From contig JAUVDV010000004.1 of NCBI GenBank assembly GCA_030595125.1, positions 15,907 to 79,906 of the forward strand: a stretch of 64,000 nucleotides of DNA. Direction: 5' to 3'. Under the pieces are notes generated by a model that saw only the letters and a list, made by a program, of their open reading frames with translations, made no database searches and was not told the origin of the DNA. Every line of letters starts with the position of its first letter. Within the stretch, counting starts at the first letter, position 1. The stretch is from Deltaproteobacteria bacterium (GTDB lineage Bacteria; Myxococcota_A; Polyangia; JAAYKL01). The translations under genes were made by a program, and so were the position numbers. Positions 27,625-36,721 of this stretch are shown here, in pieces.

Positions 27625-28566
27625 TCATCCATCCAGATTGGCATGTATTCGGCGTAAACCCTCCGCAAGATCAACAATGGGCTCCCATCCCGTCAACGCT
27701 CGCAACAACGTCGTATCCGGCCGTCGATGTCTCGGTTCGTCGGGCAGCGTGTCCAGATGTTCCATACCGACGTCGCTTCCCCATTCCAGAAGGACCATCT
27801 TCGCAAGTTTGTTAACGGTCAACTCGTCCGGATGTCCGATGTTGATCGCCTGAGGAAGCTCTTCGGGGTAATGCAGAAGACGACAGATAACCTCGACCGC
27901 ATCATCGATCCATAGGAAACATCGGGTCTGCTCGCCATCGCCATAAATCGGCAGATCTCTTCCACCGGAAAGAGCATCCATGAAGTTCGGTATAACCCGC
28001 CCATAGCCGCTGGTGGACCAATCCATACCAGGACCGTAGACATTGAAAAGCCGGAGGGCCGCACCGTCACCACCATCCCTTCGAAAGCTTGAAACCAACT
28101 CTTCCCCCATCCGCTTTGCGCTGGAATAAGGTGTCCGGGGTGTGAGAAGGGAAGTAAGAGAACGATCTAACTCCGAGATTCCCATCCTGGCGCATTTCTC
28201 AGAAGTAGTATGGCCGTATACCTCGCTGCTCGATGTGAAAAGGAGACGACATTTTTTTTCTTTGGCCAGATCGCACATCCTCTGCGTACCCCAGACGTTA
28301 GGATCTATCACCGTCCTTGGACGCTCCATGTACAGCGTTGGTATCGCAACGGACGCCAGATGGATGATTCCGTCCAATCGCCCCTGGATAAATGTCGTAT
28401 CAAAGGATTCGATGTTTTGTACAACGCGATCGAGCCTCGAATGCCGTTGCCCAGGTTCCGATGTAATATGGTTGTCGACAATAACGACCCCATGACCATC
28501 CTCCAAGAGTCGCCGCACCAGAGCACGACCGATAAAACCGTCGCCTCCTGTCACGAGATATTTCAT
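27625..28566 (-). CDS. NAD-dependent epimerase/dehydratase, UDP-glucuronate decarboxylase (UDP-xylose synthase)-like
   Basis: TGGDGFIG, SSSEVYG, YSSAKR, RLFNVYGP, GRVIPNF, YGDGEQTRCF, RRPD; locally low GC. Confidence 0.85.
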   Translation of the reverse strand: MKYLVTGGDGFIGRALVRRLLEDGHGVVIVDNHITSEPGQRHSRLDRVVQNIESFDTTFIQGRLDGIIHLASVAIPTLYMERPRTVIDPNVWGTQRMCDLAKEKKCRLLFTSSSEVYGHTTSEKCARMGISELDRSLTSLLTPRTPYSSAKRMGEELVSSFRRDGGDGAALRLFNVYGPGMDWSTSGYGRVIPNFMDALSGGRDLPIYGDGEQTRCFLWIDDAVEVICRLLHYPEELPQAINIGHPDELTVNKLAKMVLLEWGSDVGMEHLDTLPDEPRHRRPDTTLLRALTGWEPIVDLAEGLRRIHANLDG

Positions 28567-28586
28567 AGCACCCACTTGGTCATCCT

Positions 28587-29120
28587 CTACTTCCTTTTCT
28601 TCTTCTTTTCGGCCAGGGCGGTGTCGATTTTCTCCATCAGTTCTTCGATGGCCTTGTTCTCGCCCTCCCGCTTGGAGGCGACCTTGATGTGGAGATCCGC
28701 CTGCATGAGGTTGCCGCTCTTGAGGGCCTCCGCCGCCTGCCTGTAGAACTGACGGGCCTCCCGGGAGGTCATGGTTTCCTCTGCGGTTTTGGGGATCATG
28801 GTCCTTCGGCCCTCGTACTCCAACCTGGTGGAGCCGCCATCGAGGCCCTCATCATACAACACGCGTTTCTCGTAATCGCAAAGGACGCGGTAGGCTTCGT
28901 TGAGCCGCTTGAAGATGTTGTAGATCGCCTGGCTGACTGTCTCATCGGCGTTCCTGTTGCGATCCGGGTGGAACTTGCCCGCAATAGAAAAAAAGGCCTT
29001 CTTGATCTCGGGTATCTTCGCGGATCGATCCACCCCGAGAAGGCGGTAGTAGTCCAGCCGGCCAAGAACTTCATGGATCTTGAGAACATAGGCGTCGAAG
29101 TCGGGATCTCTTCCGCTCAT
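28587..29120 (-). CDS. J-domain (DnaJ-like) co-chaperone with a TPR-like C-terminal helix pair
   Basis: DYYRLLGV...EIKKAF...KFHPDRN...FKRLNEAYRVL; ATGA overlap with the Hsp70 gene. Confidence 0.92.
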   Translation of the reverse strand: MSGRDPDFDAYVLKIHEVLGRLDYYRLLGVDRSAKIPEIKKAFFSIAGKFHPDRNRNADETVSQAIYNIFKRLNEAYRVLCDYEKRVLYDEGLDGGSTRLEYEGRRTMIPKTAEETMTSREARQFYRQAAEALKSGNLMQADLHIKVASKREGENKAIEELMEKIDTALAEKKKKRK

Positions 29121-31159
29121 GACTTGGAGTACTTCGAAACCAGCGCGTTGACCTGGTCCTCGTTGAGACCGCCCAGTAGTTGAATGCGAGTATCTTGCGC
29201 CTCGCCGGATTCCTCGTTGACCGCCGAGACACCCAGGATTCCGTCAGTGTCGATCTCGAAAACCACCTTGATCTTGACCTCACCGCGCTGGGCGGGCCTT
29301 AACCCGGACAGATGGACCTGGCCGAGCAAGGTGTTCTGCTCCACCCTACGCGATTCTCCCTGGAAGATATTGATGGCCACCGCAACCTGGTTGTCCGTTG
29401 AAGTGGAGAACAATCTCGACTGCTCCACGGGAATAGCGGCGTTGCGCTCGATTATCTGGTCGCAGTAACCACCGGCGGTGGCAACGCCCAGGCCTCTGGG
29501 GGTAACATCGAGCAACAAGGTGGAAGCTGCTGCAGTGCTGACCATGGGAATGGAAAAGGACCCTTTTTCGTCCTTCGGCAGAACGCGATCCTCGCCGGCC
29601 ACCAGATCAATAGGCGGCGGCGGCGGGTCGGGCTCCATCTCAATAACAGGCGGCGGCGGCGGGGCTTTCTTACTGGGTATCACAGGCGGCGGCGGCGGTG
29701 ATTCGGGCGCCATCTCAATAACAGGCGGCGGGTCGGGCTCCATCTCAATAACAGGCGGCGGCGCTTGAGACTTTACATCCGGAAGATCGCCACCCGGGTC
29801 CTCGTGCGAGGGCTCATCGCTTTCGAGGGGAGCGGGAAGGCCCATGATTGTTTTCTGGAGCTTTGGGATCCTTTGTGTTGAATCAATAGGCGGCGGCGGC
29901 GGCCTGGCTCCCGTCGGTTTGGCCATTGGCGCGGACGTACGAACCGGCTCCAACATATCGGCAGAATCCACCCCACTCCCGGGTTCGACCGGCGCCGGCA
30001 GATCTTCCGGCAGCTCCTCCCCGGTCAGGGAGAACGCATGGATCGCGGCGCCGATGGCCACCACCTCGTCCGGGTTGATCTCCGTGCGCGGCTCCTTGTT
30101 GAAGAACTCCTTAACCTTTTTTCGCACGAGGGGAATCCTGGTCGAGCCGCCAACGAGAATCAGGCTGTCGAGGGAGGAAGCGTCGAGCTTGGCCAGCTTA
30201 AGCGATTCCTGGCAGGTCGCTATACTCTTGTCGACCAGGGGTTCGATCATGGACTCGAACTTCGTGCGGGTGATCTTGAACGAGAAGTCGATGGCGACAC
30301 CACCGGGTCCGTATGCGATTTCCCGCAGAGTGGCCTCGACCTCATCGAGGTTGGACAGCTGACACTTGATACGCTCTGCCACGGTTCGCACACGCTGCAT
30401 GGCTATCGGGTCCTCGCCCAGATCGTACCTGTGCATGAAGAGGAACTGTCGCCGCATCTCCTCCACTATCTTCTCGTCGAAATCGTCGCCGCCGAGGAAG
30501 GTTTCACCGGCGGTGGAGAGCACCTCGAAGATATCGTCCATCAACTCGATGATTGTGATGTCGAAAGTGCCGCCGCCGAAGTCGTAAACCGCGATCTTCT
30601 CTGTGAGCTGTCCGCCGAAACCATACGCGAGCGCGGCCGCAGTCGGCTCGTTGAGGATACGCAACACATTGAAGCCGGCGATTCTCGCCGCAACCTTGGT
30701 CGAGGATCGCTGAACATCGTTGAAATTGGCCGGCACGGTGATGACCAGTTCGTCGATATCAACACCGAGGGTCTGCGTGCACATCTCGCGGAGGTACTTG
30801 AGCATTATCGCCGAAATCTCCGGAAGGCTCAATTCCTGCCCGCGAGCCTGTATAACCGGGATGCCGTCGGGACCCTCCATCACCGAATACGGAAACTCAT
30901 CGGTGATGTTCTGCATTTCCTCTGACAATATCTTCCGCCCCAGAAGGCGCTTGAAAGAATAGATGGTGTTCTTGGGGTCGATTACAAGGCGGTCCTTGGC
31001 CTTTTGACCCGCCAGGGTAGCGCCGCCTGGATGAAAGGAGATAACCGAGGGCTGGATCCTCTTGCCCTCAGCGTCCTCCACCACCCTGGCACGCTGAGCC
31101 TGAACTACCGCCACGCAGGAATTCGTCGTTCCCAAATCGATACCGACGGCAATGCCCAT
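29117..31159 (-). CDS. Specialised Hsp70/DnaK paralogue with a Pro-rich insertion and no lid domain
   Basis: GIDLGTTNS, TVPANFND, NEPTAAALAYG, DFGGGTFD, VGGSTRIP, NPDEVVA. About 170 Pro-rich residues precede the LLLDVTP linker; the protein ends soon after the SBD-beta. Confidence 0.92.
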   Translation of the reverse strand: MGIAVGIDLGTTNSCVAVVQAQRARVVEDAEGKRIQPSVISFHPGGATLAGQKAKDRLVIDPKNTIYSFKRLLGRKILSEEMQNITDEFPYSVMEGPDGIPVIQARGQELSLPEISAIMLKYLREMCTQTLGVDIDELVITVPANFNDVQRSSTKVAARIAGFNVLRILNEPTAAALAYGFGGQLTEKIAVYDFGGGTFDITIIELMDDIFEVLSTAGETFLGGDDFDEKIVEEMRRQFLFMHRYDLGEDPIAMQRVRTVAERIKCQLSNLDEVEATLREIAYGPGGVAIDFSFKITRTKFESMIEPLVDKSIATCQESLKLAKLDASSLDSLILVGGSTRIPLVRKKVKEFFNKEPRTEINPDEVVAIGAAIHAFSLTGEELPEDLPAPVEPGSGVDSADMLEPVRTSAPMAKPTGARPPPPPIDSTQRIPKLQKTIMGLPAPLESDEPSHEDPGGDLPDVKSQAPPPVIEMEPDPPPVIEMAPESPPPPPVIPSKKAPPPPPVIEMEPDPPPPPIDLVAGEDRVLPKDEKGSFSIPMVSTAAASTLLLDVTPRGLGVATAGGYCDQIIERNAAIPVEQSRLFSTSTDNQVAVAINIFQGESRRVEQNTLLGQVHLSGLRPAQRGEVKIKVVFEIDTDGILGVSAVNEESGEAQDTRIQLLGGLNEDQVNALVSKYSKS
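29635..29761. repeat. Three copies of a 22-nt motif encoding PPVIEM in the Hsp70 insertion
   Basis: ccatctcaataacaggcggcgg at 29635, 29710 and 29740. Confidence 0.85.
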
Positions 31160-31175
31160 GAGCCCTCCCTATTGC

Positions 31176-33716
31176 CTAGCGATCCTCCTGCTGGTCCTTG
31201 TCCTCTCCGTTCGGCATTATCGTCGGCGGCGGCGGTTCTGACAACTCTCCGTCCACGGAATCCCGGTCCGCCAGTCGTTCGACGCCAACCACCAGCTCGT
31301 CCTTTGAGAGCCGTATCAGGCGGACACCCATCGTGTTGCGCCCAAGAGTGGAGATGGAGTCGACGGCCATACGGATGATCTTGCCGCCGTTGGTGATAAT
31401 CATCACGTGATCGTCATCGGCCACCGGGCGAACATCCACGACCTTCCCGTTGCGCTCGCTCATCTTGATGGTCAGAAGTCCCATCCCTCCCCGTTTTTGA
31501 ACGCGGTACTCATCCAGGACTGTGCGCTTTCCGAAGCCGTTCTCGCTGACCGTCAGCAGGGTCTGCGCCGTCTGGTCCGGAACGACCGCCATGCTGACCA
31601 CTGCGTCGTCGTCACCGTTATCTCTTCGGATTTCTATTCCACGCACACCACGGCTCTGACGGCCCATGGCGCGCGCTTGCGTGCCCTCGAACCTGATCGA
31701 CTGCCCTTCACGGGTTCCGAGAATGACGTTGTCGCCGTGGCCCAGAGTCTCCGCCCCGATGAGCTCGTCTCCGCTGTCGATAACCACCCCGATGATCCCC
31801 GTGACGCGGATCTGGGAATAGGCCATGAGGTTGCTCTTCTTGACATAGCCCTTTCGCGTGGCGGTCAGCACGAAACGGTCCTCCGCGAACTCGGCCACCG
31901 GCAGGACCGCGGCCACTTTCTCGCCAGACTCCATTCCCACGAAGTTGACGATTGCCTTGCCCTTGGCGGTTCGGCCCCCAAGGGGAACCTGGTACACCTT
32001 CTTGAGGTAGGCCTTGCCCCTGTCGGAGAAGAAGAGCACGTGGGCGTGAGTGGACGCGACGAACAGCTTGGTGACAAAATCTTCCTCGCGGGTTTCCATG
32101 CCCGTGAGACCCTTGCCACCGCGATGCTGGGCCCGGTAGTCGGACACGGGCGTCCGCTTGATGTAGCCGAGATTCGAGACGGTGACCACCATGTCCTCCT
32201 CGGCGATGAGATCTTCCATTTCGAAATCGGAGTAGTCTTCGATGATCTCGGTTCTGCGGGGCGTGGCGTAGGCGCTCCTGATGGCCTCGAGCTCCTCGAC
32301 GATGTGATCGATGAGGAGATCTCGATTGCTCAGAAGGGCAACGAGCCTGTCGATCACGACCTTCAATTCCGCCATCTCGGTGATGATCTTGCCGCGCTCG
32401 AGCCCCGTGAGTCGCTGTAATCGCATGGAGAGGATTTCCACGGCCTGGATCTTTGTCAGCGAGAACGTCTCCATCAGACCGCCCCGTGCCTCCTCGGGGT
32501 CCCTGGATCCTCGTATCAATTTGACGATCTCGTCGATGTTGTCGATGGCTATCTCGAGACCCTCGAGGATGTGGAGCCTGGCTCTCGCCTTGTCGAGATC
32601 GAACATGGTCCGGCGACGCACCACCTCCTCGCGGAAGTCCAGGAACGCCTGAATGGTTCCCCGCAGCCCGAAGAGTCTGGGCTGACCTTCGGAGATGGAC
32701 AGGGCGATCACTCCGAACGACGTTTGCAGCGCCGTCATCTTGTACAGCTGATTGAGCACGACCTGGGAGAACGTGTCCTTCTTCAGCTCGACGACCATGC
32801 GCATCCCCGTACGGTCAGACTCGTCCCGCAGCGCGGAGATCCCTTCTATTCGCTTGTCGCGGACGAGCTCCGCGATTTTTTCCATGAGGCGCGCCTTGTT
32901 GACCTGGTAGGGCAACTCGTGAACGACGATTCGCTCGCGATCGGCCGACCCCTTTATCTCTTCGATGTCGACCTTGGCCCGGATGGTGATCAATCCGCGC
33001 CCGGTGCTGTAAGCCTTGTAGATCCCCGCTCGCCCGCAGATGATCCCACCCGTTGGAAAGTCGGGCCCCGGGATGTGGCTCATGAGCTCGTCGATCCCCA
33101 CGTCCGGGTTTCGAGCGAGGCAGATGGTCCCGTCGATCACCTCTCCCAGGTTGTGGGGCGGAATGTTGGTTGCCATCCCGACAGCTATTCCGTTGGATCC
33201 ATTGACAAGCAGATTGGGGTATGCCGCCGGGAAAACCACCGGTTCCTTGAGCGAACCGTCATAGTTCTCAATAAAATCTACAGTGTTCTTCTCGATGTCA
33301 CCGAGTAGATTGGAGGCCAACCTGGCCATCCGCACCTCGGTGTAACGCATGGCAGCGGGAGAATCTCCGTCCACCGAACCGAAGTTGCCCTGCCCATCCA
33401 CCAGTATCTCCCTCATGGAGAAATCCTGGGCCATCCTCACAAGGGCGTCATAGACAGCTGAATCGCCGTGGGGGTGGTACTTACCGATGACGTCGCCCAC
33501 AACGCGCGCTGATTTCTTGTACGACGAGTTCCAGGTGTTCTTGAGTTCGTGCATGGCGAACATGATTCGCCGATGGACCGGTTTGAGCCCATCGCGCACG
33601 TCCGGCAGTGCCCGACCCACGATTACACTCATGGCGTAATCGAGGTATGCGTGGCGCATTCCCGTTTCTATTTTTATGGGAATTATATTCTTGTTAATAG
33701 TGGTCGTGTTTGTCAT
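31176..33716 (-). CDS. gyrA: DNA gyrase subunit A
   Basis: [35 protein letters not shown] (catalytic Tyr), GyrA-box QHRGGKG, C-terminal pinwheel repeats. Confidence 0.98.
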   Translation of the reverse strand: MTNTTTINKNIIPIKIETGMRHAYLDYAMSVIVGRALPDVRDGLKPVHRRIMFAMHELKNTWNSSYKKSARVVGDVIGKYHPHGDSAVYDALVRMAQDFSMREILVDGQGNFGSVDGDSPAAMRYTEVRMARLASNLLGDIEKNTVDFIENYDGSLKEPVVFPAAYPNLLVNGSNGIAVGMATNIPPHNLGEVIDGTICLARNPDVGIDELMSHIPGPDFPTGGIICGRAGIYKAYSTGRGLITIRAKVDIEEIKGSADRERIVVHELPYQVNKARLMEKIAELVRDKRIEGISALRDESDRTGMRMVVELKKDTFSQVVLNQLYKMTALQTSFGVIALSISEGQPRLFGLRGTIQAFLDFREEVVRRRTMFDLDKARARLHILEGLEIAIDNIDEIVKLIRGSRDPEEARGGLMETFSLTKIQAVEILSMRLQRLTGLERGKIITEMAELKVVIDRLVALLSNRDLLIDHIVEELEAIRSAYATPRRTEIIEDYSDFEMEDLIAEEDMVVTVSNLGYIKRTPVSDYRAQHRGGKGLTGMETREEDFVTKLFVASTHAHVLFFSDRGKAYLKKVYQVPLGGRTAKGKAIVNFVGMESGEKVAAVLPVAEFAEDRFVLTATRKGYVKKSNLMAYSQIRVTGIIGVVIDSGDELIGAETLGHGDNVILGTREGQSIRFEGTQARAMGRQSRGVRGIEIRRDNGDDDAVVSMAVVPDQTAQTLLTVSENGFGKRTVLDEYRVQKRGGMGLLTIKMSERNGKVVDVRPVADDDHVMIITNGGKIIRMAVDSISTLGRNTMGVRLIRLSKDELVVGVERLADRDSVDGELSEPPPPTIMPNGEDKDQQEDR

Positions 33717-33750
33717 TTGATTTCATTAAATAGCACCTTGTAAACCAGTC

Positions 33751-33782
33751 CAGAAAGATAGCTTTCTGACAGATGAAGTCAA
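33751..33782 (-). promoter_or_regulatory. Putative gyrA sigma70 promoter overlapped by an inverted repeat
   Basis: Minus strand TTGACT (33782-33777)-16 nt-TATCTT (33760-33755); CAGAAAG-atag-CTTTCTG at 33751-33768. Confidence 0.55.
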
Positions 33783-34028
33783 CACTCAAGTTATCGAAAA
33801 CGAAACATATTTTCTGTGTTGCGCTCGCTCTTGAAGAGGTCGGAATCAACGACTGTGTAAACCATGTTGGCCCTTGCCGACAACTTGGTTGGCTTTTCCG
33901 GGCGAAATGTCAAGGCACCGAACTAAAATAACAAATGATTTCAATGCTTGTTGCAAAATAGCAAAGCGGCACGCATTTTGATACAATGAATTTCGGCCCG
34001 ATCAATTCGGAAGCCCAAGGAGGACCTC

Positions 34029-34391
34029 ATGTCCGCGATGAAAAAAGCCCAAATAGCCACCCTTGCCCTGGTTGCAACCCTGTTGTTTCTGTTCGCCGTT
34101 TCCGGATGCAACAGCACCCCAACCGTCCCGGTTCCACCGCCGGAATTCTGCGCCGTCTCGCCGCCCAATACCGAAGGATTCTGCACCGTCGGTTGCGACG
34201 AAGGTCAGACCGCGAGGAACATCGCCCTCGTGTACAACGACAGCTGGGGCGCCGGCGTGATGCAGGAGACCGAGGAGAACGGATCGTTCGAGGTGGAGGT
34301 GGATTGCACGGTAGCGGACACGATGATCATCCAGATAAAATATGATCGCAAACTCTCCGCCGAAGTAGCTCTCACAGTGCCCTCGGAGTAA
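34029..34391 (+). CDS. Small lipoprotein with four additional Cys
   Basis: AGGAGG SD; signal peptide ending in VSGC; TPTVPVPPP followed by a beta-rich domain. Confidence 0.8.
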   Translation: MSAMKKAQIATLALVATLLFLFAVSGCNSTPTVPVPPPEFCAVSPPNTEGFCTVGCDEGQTARNIALVYNDSWGAGVMQETEENGSFEVEVDCTVADTMIIQIKYDRKLSAEVALTVPSE

Positions 34392-34436
34392 TAATTCCCG
34401 ACTCCATCCCGCCGGTTGTGCTATTTTCTTGTAATC

Positions 34437-36170
34437 ATGAGAAGATCATTTCCAATCTTCGTCATTATTCTGGCGGTTGCCATCGGTTGCGACGAAGGAA
34501 CCGATGGGGGTGATGCCGGGGTGGATTCCGGTAACTTTGACGACATCTTCATCATCGGCGGTGGGGACCATCTGGCGATCATGATCGGCGAGGAATGCAC
34601 ATTCGTGAACGCGCCTGTGGATCCCTATTCTCTTCTCGATGACGAGGCCGGCGCGGCAGTGGACCGCACCCCCGCATGGATCCAGACCGATCTCGCTTCA
34701 AAGCTGTCTTCCCTGAATGCAAACACGGCGGCGGCCCTGGCGGATCAGATAAACAGCGCCGACGAGCAATGGCTGGACGAGGTGGCCTGGTCCATCGCCG
34801 TGACGGATGCGCCCATGCTGGAGTGGATTGTTGCGGATGGATCCGAAGCTCTCTTTTCAGAAAACGCCGAAGCGATCTACACCATTGATGAACAGCTCGA
34901 CTATGTCGCGATAGTGGATCTCGACGACGGCCGAAGCACGCTGGAGCTGATGGGCGAGAACGGTGAGTTCCAGTTGGATGTCGAAAAGTACTACTGGTAC
35001 GTGGTGTACCCTCGGGCCTATTTCGAATTTCCGAAATACGAGAACGGGTCCTTCTGGCGCACCTTCCTGGTGGAGGATGACTCGTACGGCTCTACCTTGC
35101 TCGAGCACGTATCCGGGGCCCAGGATCTTCCTGCCGCCGTCCTGGGTATCGGCGAGTGGATTCAGAGCTTCATGACCTTCCAATACGGCACCAATCCACC
35201 GGGGATCCTGGCCATCTACAACGACCCGATCGGTTCTTGCGGACAGTACGCAATGATTACCAGCGCCGCTTCACGGGCAGTGCTGGTGCCCGTGGTGACG
35301 GCCTCGGCGAGGGCGGACGATCACGAATGGAACGAGTACTGGGACGAGCGCTGGATCATGTGGGACAACAGCCTCGGCGAGATCGGCAGTAACCCCCATT
35401 ATCCCTACATTGACATGCCGGAGGTCTTCGACGACGACACATACGATGGCGCCGGTGTCTTCGGTGAGCTGGCGCACGTTTTTCGCTTTCGCCCGGACGA
35501 CAACATCTTCGCGTCTGAACTTTACACGCCGTACAAGGACGTGGTGGTGGGAATCACGGATTCGATCGGAGAACCGGTGGAGGGCGCGCGGGTAATCGTG
35601 GGATCGGCGGAAGCCGGAAACGCGCCTTGTACCTGGTCCTACACGGATGTTCTGGGAGAAGCGGCGTTCAGGCTCGGCGACGACCTCGGCTACAGGATCG
35701 AAGCCTCTCATCCGATCCTGGGTGAACCGAGCAGCTACGGTGCCGTCTGGACCAATACGCCAGATGAATTGTACACAGTGGACATGCAGTTCACCGTGCC
35801 CTACCCGAGGCTGGTACAAAATGTGGGGGATCTGCCGACGGGGGATCTCGCCGTGCAACTGGACTTCGAGGTGATCGAAACCGAGCAGCGCCGCATCAAC
35901 CAGATCACCGAAGGCTACGAGTTGGGTTTCACGCACCCGGTGATTCTCGAGGGCGGAGTGGTTGATGTCTTCGTGCTGAACGCCTCCGCGTACCAGGCCT
36001 TTCTGACGGGATCCCAGTTCAACGGTCACTCCGTTTCCCTGGCCACCGGCGGCGCTACCACCGTGCTTCACGCCTCGTCCGACGAACAGCCCCTGTACCT
36101 GGTTTTCGACAACACCCTGTGGCCCACAAGCGAAAAGCGCGTCCGGATTCGCCTGGTCCCATCTGAATAA
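34437..36170 (+). CDS. Acidic lipoprotein with a transglutaminase/PNGase-like core and a carboxypeptidase-regulatory-like beta domain
   Basis: Lipobox AIGC; triad GSCGQYA / DDHEWNEY / RWIMWDN; later TDSIGEPVEGARV. Confidence 0.75.
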   Translation: MRRSFPIFVIILAVAIGCDEGTDGGDAGVDSGNFDDIFIIGGGDHLAIMIGEECTFVNAPVDPYSLLDDEAGAAVDRTPAWIQTDLASKLSSLNANTAAALADQINSADEQWLDEVAWSIAVTDAPMLEWIVADGSEALFSENAEAIYTIDEQLDYVAIVDLDDGRSTLELMGENGEFQLDVEKYYWYVVYPRAYFEFPKYENGSFWRTFLVEDDSYGSTLLEHVSGAQDLPAAVLGIGEWIQSFMTFQYGTNPPGILAIYNDPIGSCGQYAMITSAASRAVLVPVVTASARADDHEWNEYWDERWIMWDNSLGEIGSNPHYPYIDMPEVFDDDTYDGAGVFGELAHVFRFRPDDNIFASELYTPYKDVVVGITDSIGEPVEGARVIVGSAEAGNAPCTWSYTDVLGEAAFRLGDDLGYRIEASHPILGEPSSYGAVWTNTPDELYTVDMQFTVPYPRLVQNVGDLPTGDLAVQLDFEVIETEQRRINQITEGYELGFTHPVILEGGVVDVFVLNASAYQAFLTGSQFNGHSVSLATGGATTVLHASSDEQPLYLVFDNTLWPTSEKRVRIRLVPSE

Positions 36171-36181
36171 CGGTACTGCAA

Positions 36182-36721
36182 GTGAGCCTCGACGAACTGC
36201 TATTCATCCATATCAACCAGGGATTCTCGAGCAGTGGCTGGTCGACCTTCTTCAGCATTGCGACGCGCCTGGGCAACGGATATGTGCTGGCCCTGCTGAT
36301 TGTCCCGTCGCTCTTCTTCCTCGATCGCAAGAGATTCCGTGAGCAACTGTTGCCAATGGTAATTTCCGTGGCCCTGGGCGGCCTCGCAGTGACCGTGGCG
36401 AAAGTTGCGGTGGACAGACCGAGGCCCGCGGAGCATTTCAAGGGAACCGGCGCGGAGGTCCATACGCCCCTCGGCACCCCGTCGGATCGCTCGTTTCCAT
36501 CAGGACACACCCAGACGGCCTTTGGGGCTGCTGCCTACCTCTCGTGCATGTACCCTGTGGCAACCCCGGCATTCGTGGTCCTGGCGGCGCTGGTGGGGCT
36601 CTCACGAACAGCTCTGGGCGTGCACTTTCCATCGGACGTCCTGGTTGGCGCCATTTCCGGGATCGTTTTCGCCCTCGGCATCTTCTTCCTCAACAAACGA
36701 CGACTACAACGGAATGCATGA
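36182..36721 (+). CDS. PAP2-family phosphatase (undecaprenyl-pyrophosphate phosphatase-like)
   Basis: KVAVDRPRP, SFPSGHT, SRTALGVHFPSDV. Confidence 0.93.
   Translation: MSLDELLFIHINQGFSSSGWSTFFSIATRLGNGYVLALLIVPSLFFLDRKRFREQLLPMVISVALGGLAVTVAKVAVDRPRPAEHFKGTGAEVHTPLGTPSDRSFPSGHTQTAFGAAAYLSCMYPVATPAFVVLAALVGLSRTALGVHFPSDVLVGAISGIVFALGIFFLNKRRLQRNA

Noticed and set aside
28252-28259. A8 tracts on the coding strand of the UXS-like gene and at 2692-2699 in the GHKL-TGase gene as phase-variation switches
   Set aside because: Both are explained by Lys-Lys codons, are short, and the frames are intact; there is no evidence of length variation.
29117-31159. Naming this gene the housekeeping dnaK
   Set aside because: It lacks the lid, has a large insertion, and has no grpE/hrcA or canonical zinc-finger dnaJ neighbour.
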